Source: Octopus sinensis (taxonomy: Eukaryota). Taken from it: a stretch of DNA of 64,000 nt. A model generated the notes under the pieces. The model was not told the origin of the DNA, made no database searches, and worked only from the letters and a program-made list of their open reading frames with translations. Numbering within the stretch: the stretch's first letter is position 1; every line of letters starts with the position of its first letter. The position numbers and the translations under genes were made by a program. Of this stretch, positions 39,917 to 51,060 are shown piece after piece. The stretch covers positions 30,628,001 to 30,692,000 of the forward strand of contig NC_043020.1 of assembly GCF_006345805.1 (NCBI RefSeq), in the 5' to 3' direction.

Positions 39917-39920
<4 letters not shown>
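39773..39920 (-). mobile_element. Extremely 5'-truncated R4/Dong LINE inside (AAT)n
   Basis: Minus strand reads LLGTAHILRKTLSIQ* plus a short 3'UTR; (AAT)n on both sides. Confidence 0.75.
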
Positions 39921-39985
<65 letters not shown>

Positions 39986-42344
39986 TTGTGTAACTAGGGA
40001 TCTTTTCGTTCGAAGCCTAAAAATCAAAACAAATTTTTTAAAATTGAATTAGTCGATTGACTTCGTCTTTTGAGTTTTATTGACTGAAAAATTAATTCTT
40101 GTCCTTAGTGAGGTCGAATTCAAAGACAACTGTTTCTTTACGAATACAGATTTGTAACATTGGTACAAAGACTTCATCATATTTATTTACTTTGTACTTG
40201 TGTGTGGAGGGAGGTATATTAGTCAATTATATTGTTGAATCTAAATACTTAACTGGTGCTTTATTTACTCGGCCTTGAAAGTATAAAAGCCAAAGCTGGT
40301 CTTGACAAGATTTGAGCTCAGTACGTAATGGGACATACCTAAATACTGCTAGGCATTTAGTCCTACGTTCTAATGATTCTGTCAATCCACTGTCCTTTCA
40401 ACAAGAATCAACATTGTGTATAGATAAAAGTCAAAACAATATCAGTAATTAATGGTGGTGGATTGGTTAGACACGATGAAATGTCGGACAAGTACTTTGT
40501 AGTATTTATAAATGCGTATTTTTTTCGCTCTACGTTCGAATTCTACCTGTTTGAAGTTATCTGCCAATCGTTCTGAAGGTGAGAAATTTCATTATAGTCA
40601 AGTATTATGGTCGATTAAATCGATACTTTTAGAAATCGATTTTATTGATTAACGGGAAGAGGAATGTAGTCATGTTTAAAATAACTATGTAGTTGTACAA
40701 AGAAATTTTTACCATAGTCTATTTTTATTTTGATGTGATGGCAATTATGCATTTATAGATTGGTGAAATTTCTCATCTTCGTTTTGTTTTTCTCTGAGAT
40801 ATAAAGAATCTATTAAAGTGCTTCCTACACCACACACACACACACTTTCTTAATATTAACATTCTCATTATCTACGGAAGCTTTCGAGTGTTTTTGTCTT
40901 TTAAGTTTATAAGCGCTGGATCTTGTCAAACGTTCGCCCAGAGATGGAAGTCATAAATAAAGTCATTCGAAATAATATCGCAATATTTCAGGCCCAAGAC
41001 TATATTTGGGAAGAGGGAGTATGGTCAATAAAATCTTAGTACTTTACTGGTACTTTATTTTGTCGATTCTGAAAGGACGAACGGCTAAGTTGACATCTGT
41101 GAGATTTGAAATGAGAATGGTAAAGTATTTTCTCCGTTCTTCAAACGATAAACTAGAAATACCAAATATTTTCGTTAACTTTCTAAGTAGGTGCGCAGTT
41201 TTTTCAGAAAAACTATATAAAAAAAAGTATTTCGCTTTTATATTTGTTTGCGAGATCCTCGATGTGAAATCGTTTGTGTAGCAGATGCAGTTGTACTTTG
41301 GGTGGGCCATTTTGCCCACAAACCCACACACTCTAGTCATATTTCATTTGCTTTTGCTGTTTACTAGTGAACAAGTGAACTAATTGACAAATTGTTTGGT
41401 CAGTCAATTGCTTCTTCAGAGCCCTTTCGTCGTAGCCTGTGACCTTATCGATGATGTGTCCTCATCTAATCAACTTCTGTCGCAAGTTTGTGCACGATAC
41501 CTTTAAGGTCGCAAGCAGCCACGAAACGGCTGGCGACTAGTTGATTGATCGAAAAACTAAGATATTAAGTTAAATGATGACGATTTCCGATTTAGGCACA
41601 AGGCCAGCAATTTTTACACAGAGGCATTTTGTCGAATTCATCGACCCTAGTACTTTATTTTATCGACCCCGAGGGATGAAAGGCAAGGCTGGCCTCGGCC
41701 GAATTTGAACTCAGAAGATAAAGAACCGAAACAAATGCCACAAAGCATTTTCTTTCGATGCTCTGAACATCTGGTCAATCTTTCACCCTTAGTTGACTGA
41801 TAATAATAATACAAAAAAAAAAACACAAACAATACGTATGTCCTTATTGACAAAAAGAACTTTTCAATATACAGTGACAAATATAGAAATATTAAATAAT
41901 GGAATTCATTATAGGAAACAACTCCAAAATTGACGAAACATCATAAATGCCCTGTGCTAAGTTGCATATGTTTCCTACAACAGCGAGTCGAAAATTGAAA
42001 TGGCTCAAAAATTATCCCTTGGTACTTATCGTATAAAAACATAGCCAGTAATTGAGTGGTGATTTTATTGTATCGAATCCAGGAGTATGATCGGTAAAGC
42101 TGACGTTAGAACGTAATCGGCTGTAACAATTATTTCTATAGCGATTATTCGTTTTGATGGAGGCAAGACAGTGTTATTTGTTGAGAATTAGATCAGCTTT
42201 ATTGAGGAGACCCATGATCAAAGATGCTTCAGCCGTTACTACTTTTTAAAGTGTATTCTACGGTTACACTGTCTTACTCTAAATAACGAATTGAAGTGCG
42301 TCTGAAGACTATACAATCAGCTCATTTAGCAAACGAACAGCGTG

Positions 42345-42710
42345 CATACATACATACACACACACACACACATACATACATAAATGCATACAAACATACA
42401 TACATACATGCATACATACATACATGCATACATACACACACACACATACATACACACACACACACATACATACATACACACACACATACATACATACATG
42501 CATACATACACACACACACACACATACATACATACATAGATGCATGCATGCATACATACACACACATATATACATACATAAATGCATACAAACATACATG
42601 CATACATACACACACACACACACACATACATACATACATACATAGATGCATGCATGCATACATACATACATAGATGCATGCATGCATACATACATACATA
42701 CATAGATGCA
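42345..42710. repeat. Compound (CA)n/(TACA)n/(TGCA)n microsatellite
   Basis: Visible; source of the HTHT and VCMY ORFs. Confidence 0.9.
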
Positions 42711-44249
42711 TGACATTTGACTGCTATTTCTTTTAGATAGACCACTGGTATTTTGTGTCCTGGGCCCAGTTTTGTCACAAAACACCGATAACACAACTGT
42801 TCGGATGTCTGCATATGACCCACAGATTCTGTTCCCTAGGCATACCATTACCTCTTTCATTCCGTCTTCCTCTTCTCTTTTCTTCCTCATCATTTTCTTA
42901 TTCCTCCTCCTTGTCTTTCTTCTCTCTCTCATCTTTTCTTCTCTTCCTCCTTTTTTCTCCTTCTCTGGACCCTGGTCAGTCCTGATTGAATACGAAGAGA
43001 GGCATTCCAGTTTTAGCTATCCCTCACTTTTTTAAAAATACGTTTGACACACAGTGTATCTAGAACTGCTTTATTTTATGCATCCTTCTTTAAAAAAACA
43101 ACAATTGATTGAAAAGAAAAACAGTGGTGTCTTATTGAATGAACTTTAACTGCTATTTTCTAATATGCCAGATTCTCAGCCAGTTTTGCCTAAAGACGTC
43201 TTTGATTTTCAGTTTACTCATGTGGACCCTCATAACCATTCCAGCTTTTAAAAAAATCCTATTAGGTTTTTATAAATAAATAAATATTAGGAATTGTATT
43301 TCAAAAATCTGTTGAAACACATTGTGTATTGCAGAAGTATAACCAATTTATTGCACAAATTTTAACAATAAAATCTTCCATGGTGCGCCACCCCGCTCCC
43401 AAGGGTTACGTGGATTCTGGTTCAGAACCGGTGGTGTAGAATCTCCTTCCTTGCAGAGAGACTCTCCCGTACGTTGCCAGCATACTGCAGAAGTGCGTGA
43501 AATTAAATAAAAAGTGTACCAATGTCGCTTAGAATGACTGGATAAATCCTTTCCTACTCTAGGGTCAAGGCCCGAAACTTTGTGGGGGAGGGACCAGTCG
43601 ATTAGATAGATCCCAGTATGCAACAGGTACTTTATTTATCGACCCCGAAAGGATGAAATGCAAAGTCGACCTCGACGGAATTTGAACTTAAAACGTAAAG
43701 ACAGACGAAATAGCACTGAGTACTTCGCCCGGCGTGCTAACAATTCTGCCAGCTCGCCGCCTTTTCTCTGGACGTATTCGTAGGATGTTATAGCGTACTT
43801 CATTAGCATATAGAGTTACATATCATAGAAATGTGATATGAAAGCTATGGCTGTTATAGCCTACAATGCTTCAGTTCTGATCTAGCATGCACATTAATAC
43901 CATGCATGTAGGAGTTTTTTTTAAAAAAGCAATCTATCAGTTGGTTGATGTTATTTTTACTTTTTTTCTCCAAATGTGGTCGTCGTGATTACCTTGTATT
44001 AATCATTAGTTAAGTGCCATTCTGCCGTGGTGGACTTTGCTTTTCATCCCTTCGAGATCGATAAATTAAGTACCAGTTGCGTATTGGGGTCGATCTACTC
44101 GACTGGCCCTCTCCACCAAAATTTCGGGATTTGTGCCTAGAGTAGAAAAGATTAGTTCCACTACATCTTTGAGTTGCCTCCCTTTAATTGTATATATAAG
44201 TTACTTCCCGTTTTAGCTTTAGTTTGACTAAGCTTTATTTTGCAACATT

Positions 44250-44405
44250 GATATAAATACTCGGATCTATTTCGAGTTGTCATCTTATGACAGCTCAATA
44301 AAGAAGATAGAAACAAACGTTGGCTTGGCCTCATCTGCTATATCGAAGCTGGACATCATAAAGAAAAACAATTCCATTTGTTTTCTCACGAAACCCAAAC
44401 TGATA
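44250..44405 (+). mobile_element. Old RTE-type RT fragment
   Basis: KYSDLF...IKKIETNVGLASSAISKLDII...LTKPKL resembles YLGS...EIxxRIGxAxxAFxKL...TKxKL. Confidence 0.5.
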
Positions 44406-44425
44406 TATCGTCTGTTCGAAGATTT

Positions 44426-45301
44426 GGTAAAATTACAGATTATCACCCCCACGATTTTCACTAAAAAAAAAAAAAAAAAACTCGGATTTTTTGCGTGGAA
44501 TCAAATACCCTGACCTCCTAATATGCTGCAAATCCCATATTTTGGTCCGGAATTCCTCCGGAAAAGGGGGGGGGGGGTATTACCCCCCCCCCCGGAATTT
44601 TCACAGGGAAAAAAAAAAAAAATCAGATTTCTAGCGTGGAATCAAGTACCCTGACCTCCTAATATGCTGCAAATCCCATATTTTGGTCCGGAAAGGGGGG
44701 TAACACCCCCCCCCCCCCGGAATTTTCACAAGAAAAAAAAAATCAGATTTTTTGCGTGGAATCAAGTACCCTGACCTCCTAATATGCTGCAAATCCCATA
44801 TTTTGGTCCGGAAAGGGGGGGGGGTAACCCCCTCCCCCGGAATTTTCACAAGGAAAAAAAAATAACATATCAATAATTTAGAAAAGAAACATTTCTAGAA
44901 AATAGTAAATTGAAGTGTCAACAAATTATTGGGCAAAATTGAAGTGTGAACAAATCATTGGGCAAAAGAAGATTTGGCATACTGTCATGCTTTTAGCTGT
45001 CAGAAGTGAAAGTCGTCAACTTCGTGTATTTGCGTCAGGTTCGCCGTTAGGCTTATAAAACAATTGAAGTTCAGTTTAAAGTTTATAAATAAATACATTT
45101 CATTCCATGTTCTGTTTAAACTTTATAAATAAATATATTCTTGCAGTGTGTGTATATGTGGCTATATGTCTGACTAATGTGTGTGTCTGTATTTATTGTA
45201 TGTGTGTATAAGTAGTTATATGCTTATATTATCCATTATAGTAATATTTGTCTGTTGAAACCTGTTTTAAGGCGGTCAATAGTTTAATTAAAGATGTATC
45301 T

Positions 45302-45341
<40 letters not shown>

Positions 45342-45359
45342 GTGTATATATACATGTGT

Positions 45360-45398
<39 letters not shown>

Positions 45399-46522
45399 TA
45401 TATATATACACATGTCTATATATATACACATGTATATATAAATATATATATATACATGTATAGACACATCTTTAATTAAACTATTGACTGCCTTAAAACG
45501 GCTTTCAACAGACAAATATTACTATAATGGATAATGTAATGGATAAAATTCAGACAAACTTACCTCTTGCTGTCAAAAAAGTGGATTAATTCTCAGCAAA
45601 ACATACTGTTATGCTAGACCAGTGGTTTTCAACCAGGGTTCCGCAAGAAGTTGCAAAACTGCTAAAATCGGCAGTAATTTTTAATTCTCCTGTGCAGATA
45701 TGTGTGCATAAGACTATTAAATTATTGTACAGGGGTTCCTCGAGCCAGTGGAATGTTTGAATTACGCTGTGTGGTTTCAGTTTCTAATTTTTGCTTCTGA
45801 TCTCTCTTTGCCCCCCCCCCCACCTCTCTATCTCAGTTGTTCATTCTGCTGATATTTAGAAAAGTTTTCGCGCCAAGTTTTGTTGTGGGTGGGAAAAGAT
45901 GAACGATTTAAAATAAATATACCTTAATTGTAGTGTGAGAAAGTATATATATTCTGATGATAAAATATATTATCTTTCAAAAACATCCCAAATTTATAGA
46001 CTATATCGTGTATGTTTAAGAAATGGTTCATGAGACATTGTTCATCTGTCTCCCCACCACACCTCCACCTACACAAAAATTAGTTTGAGATAGAGAGGGT
46101 GGCACAGAGAGAGATCAGAAGCAAAAATTAGAACCTGACACTATCACAGAGCGTAATTCAAACATTCCACTGGCTCGAGGAACCCCTGTACAATAATTTA
46201 ATAGTCTTATGCACACATATCTGCACAGGAGAATTAAAAATTACTGCCGATTTTAGCAGTTTTGCAACTTCTTGCGGAACCCTGGTTGAAAACCACTGGT
46301 CTAGCATAACAGTATGTTTTGCTGAGAATTAATCCACTTTTTTTGACAGCAAGAGGTAAGTTTGTCTGAATTTTATCCATTATAGTAATATTTGTCTGTT
46401 GAAACCCGTTTTAAGGCGGTCAATAGTTTAATTAAAGATGTGTCTATACATGTATATATATATACATGTGTATATATATATATTTATATATACATGTGTA
46501 TATATATAGACATGTGTATATA

Positions 46523-46576
<54 letters not shown>

Positions 46577-46594
46577 ACACATGTATATATACAC

Positions 46595-46632
<38 letters not shown>

Positions 46633-47510
46633 AGATACATCTTTAATTAAACTATTGACCGCCTTAAAACAGGTTTCAACAGACAAATATTACTATAATG
46701 GATAATATAAGCATATAACTACTTATACACACATACAATAAATACAGACACACACATTAGTCAGACATATAGCCACATATACACACACTGCAAGAATATA
46801 TTTATTTATAAAGTTTAAACAGAACATGGAATGAAATGTATTTATTTATAAACTTTAAACTGAACTTCAATTGTTTTATAAGCCTAACGGCGAACCTGAC
46901 GCAAATACACGAAGTTGACGACTTTCACTTCTGACAGCTAAAAGCATGACAGTATGCCAAATCTTCTTTTGCCCAATGATTTGTTCACACTTCAATTTTG
47001 CCCAATAATTTGTTGACACTTCAATTTACTATTTTCTAGAAATGTTTCTTTTCTAAATTATTGATATGTTATTTTTTTTTTCCTTGTGAAAATTCCGGGG
47101 GAGGGGGTTACCCCCCCCCCTTTCCGGAGCAATTCCGGACCAAAATATGGGATTTGCAGCATATTAGGAGGTCAGGGTACTTGATTCCACGCAAAAAATC
47201 TGATTTTTTTTTTCTTGTGAAAATTCCGGGGGGGGGTGTTACCCCCCTTTCCGGACCAAAATATGGGATTTGCAGCATATTAGGAGGTCAGGGTACTTGA
47301 TTCCACGCTAGAAATCTGATTTTTTTTTTTTCCTCGTGAAAATTCCGGGGGGGGGGTAACCCCCCCCCCCCTTTCCGGAGGAATTCCGGACCAAAATATG
47401 GGATTTGCAGCATATTAGGAGGTCAGGGTATTTGATTCCACGCAAAAAATCCGAGTTTTTTTTTTTTTTTCTTAGTGAAAATCGTGGGGGTGATAATCTG
47501 TAATTTTACC
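44426..47510. mobile_element. 3,085-bp foldback DNA element, Merlin/IS1016-like termini, non-autonomous
   Basis: Inverted arms 44426-45835 and 46086-47510 with a 250-bp spacer; termini GGTAAAATT...AATTTTACC; direct repeat GAAGATTT at 44418-44425 and 47511-47518; no transposase ORF. Confidence 0.85.
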
Positions 47511-47620
47511 GAAGATTTTATTTACCTAGTTTCATTGGAATACATCCGCTTGTTTTCAGTAATAGAAATATTAAAATTACTAAGTCTCTCTAAAGGAGAT
47601 CACGGCAGCGTTACTGGATA

Positions 47621-48024
47621 TTAATAGTTATCGCCAAACTAATATGGCAGTCCATAAATATAAGACTAAAGCTGTCGCTGATTAGCTCCAAGAGGCCATC
47701 GCCTCTAGCTAGCTATTTGACACACGAACCTGTGTCCATTACAACCTTCGAAACTAGGTAAATAAAATCTTCGAACAGACGATCGGCAGCGACACCTGCT
47801 GGGTCTGACTACTCTGCATTGATAAAGTGCAACAACCCTGAAACATGTATGCAGATGTCTGACCAGCAAGGTGAAGCGGCTGACCTCCCCTGTTTGAAGG
47901 TTGTATTGGACGCAGGTTCGTGTGTCATATAGCTAGCTAGAGGCGATGGCCTCTTGGAGCTAATCAGCGACAGCTTTAGTCTTATATTTATGGACTGCCA
48001 TATTAGTTTGGCGATAACTATTAA
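47621..48024. mobile_element. MITE with ~130-bp TIRs, TTAA/TA-flanked
   Basis: 47621-47749 is the reverse complement of 47896-48024 (about 3 mismatches); both ends carry TTAA. Confidence 0.8.
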
Positions 48025-48026
48025 TA

Positions 48027-48062
<36 letters not shown>

Positions 48063-48611
48063 GGCGTAGGAGTGACGGTGTGGTAAGAAGTTTGCTTCTG
48101 GTTACTGCGCATGCGTTGATTCAATTGCTGGTTTGTTTTTTTGAGAGTCGGACGGGATTTTTGTGCTGCTTGCCAGCAGTTTAAAGAAAATGTATTCAGA
48201 CCTTAGGTGGTCTGAGTTGTCTTCAGCAGAGGAGAAGCTGGTGAAGGTGGTGAGAAGAATGGACGGAATATTGGAGAGAACAAGAAGTTTTTCTGAGGCG
48301 GTGGAGGTGAAGAGAAAGGCTGTAGACGTAGCTGGACTAGAGGAATATGGAAAAATGAGGCAGAAGATTGGCGGCAACATGAAGTTGTCGTCCCTAAAAG
48401 AATCATGGAGCAAATGGAGAAGAAAAGTATCACATATAGGGTGCACTTGCTGAAGAACAAAAAGACTGAACAGACCATACATGACCATACCAGCAGAAAC
48501 GTCTCCCTTGCATACCACATCCGATGCTTCTTATAGCCAAGATTTCTCTCAGGGCACTTATACTCTGTTGTGTGTGCACACTGACATTATATATATGTAT
48601 ATATATATATA

Positions 48612-49319
<708 letters not shown>

Positions 49320-50151
49320 GCACAGGTGTGGCTCTGTGGTAAGAAGACTGCTTCACAACCACATGATTCCAGGTTCAGTTTCACTGCAGGGCACCTTGCA
49401 CAAGCATCTTATGCTATTGGCTTTGGTAGGTTGAAACTGAAAGAAGCCCACCGTATTGCTGCTCACTACACCTCCAACACCCACACTCTATTTTTCTAAC
49501 CAGGTTCTATGCTCATATTCTTGTTACTTGTGAGTATACCCCAGCACTACACCATCTCTCTTCCACTTTTGCTGTTTCCTGCTCTCTCTTTTTCCCTTTG
49601 GTCACTCTCTCCTCTTGTTTTTCTTCTGACCAGGTAACCAAGTATCAGCCTTACATTAGCACACTTGTCTCTGGCCTCTTTCTTGTACCTCTCTCTCTCT
49701 CTCTGAATAACCATGTACCTCCCCTATAGCAAGATGTCTATTTCTTCCTCTCTATTTCTCTGTTACACTCTAACCTTTCATCATTTGATACTGGATCACC
49801 TACACTGATGCCCCCTCTGTTGTGGCAAGACCCCTACTTCTGTCTCTCTGTCATACTCTAACCTTTCATCCTCTGACACAAGTTCCCCTCCTCAAATGCT
49901 CTGCCCCTCTCATAATTCCTTGTCCTGTGAGTTACTTGGTTACCCTGCCAGTGCTGGTGCCACATTAAAAGCAGCCAGCCCACATTGTAAAGTGGTTGGC
50001 ATTTGGAAGGGCATCCAGCTGTAAAAACACTGCCAGATCCGATTGGAGCCTGGGGCAGCCACTGGCTTTTCAGACTTCAGTCAAACCGTCCAATCCATGC
50101 CAGCATAGAAAATGGATGTTAACCGATGATGATGATGATGACAATGATATA

Positions 50152-51060
50152 TACGAGAGGATACTCAGAAGAAACTGGAATTTTGCAATGTTATTATTTT
50201 ATTCACTTAGTTTAACATGTTTACACTTTTATTGCCTTCAAAGAATTCTCCATTTGAAGCAGCGCATTGGTCTTGACACATTTTCCATTGTTCGAAGCAG
50301 TGCTGGAACTCTTGCGAAGTGATGTTTGTAATGCCTCTATCGATTTATTCTTCACCTCTTCTACATCTGCAAAGACTGTAGCACCAAATTTTGACACCAG
50401 TGATGACCTTTGAAAAAACGGTTCAGATCAATTTCCAATTATCCTTTCAGTTCACGACACGCATTCACTCATGTCTGCTTCTGATCTTCCATAAGCAAGC
50501 GATGCACAAGTTTTGCTGTGACTCTTTTCATTTGCAATTCGTTGCATAAAATTCTTTGACAGCAGCTCCAGGATACACCAGTCATATCAACAAGTTCGTC
50601 AATTGTTCAGTGACAGTCCTCCAAGATCACTTCATGAATTTTCTGGATGTTTTTATTTGTTCAGGATATTCACAGTCACCTTGAATGAGATTGGTCTTCA
50701 AGTGACAAGTGACCATTCCTAAAGTATAAAAACCATTCGTAAACTTGTGTTTTGCTCATGAAGTATCTTTGTAAGCCATTTAAAGCATGACAACTGCTTT
50801 GGCTGCCATTTTCCCCAGCAAAAAACAGAATTTTAGGGAAGCATGCTGTTTCTTCATTTCAACCATTGCAAAAATTGACAAACAGGGGAGAAGCACTATA
50901 AAAGAAAGATGCAGCACATAGCAGTACAACCTCACTTGACAATGCCAGTCAGCTGACTGATGCCTGAAGGTTGCATAAAGTGGCTTCTAGTGGAGGAAGC
51001 TCAAACTACAATGGGCTTGTCCCACAGAGAACGTTTCAGGTTACTTTTGGGTACCTACAT
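50152..51060 (-). mobile_element. Degraded mariner transposon with internal deletion
   Basis: Minus-strand C-terminus FEQWKMCQDQCAASNGEFFEG (W..RW..C....GxYFE type); degenerate TIRs TACGAGAGGATACTCAGAAGAAACTGG and CAGGTTACTTTTGGGTACCTACATA. Confidence 0.65.

Noticed and set aside
44481-44860. CRISPR-like array
   Set aside because: Eukaryotic DNA; full-length tandem units without unique spacers, and no cas genes.
45865-45874. E2F-like site TTTTCGCGCC in the foldback spacer
   Set aside because: A single short motif with no supporting context could arise by chance.
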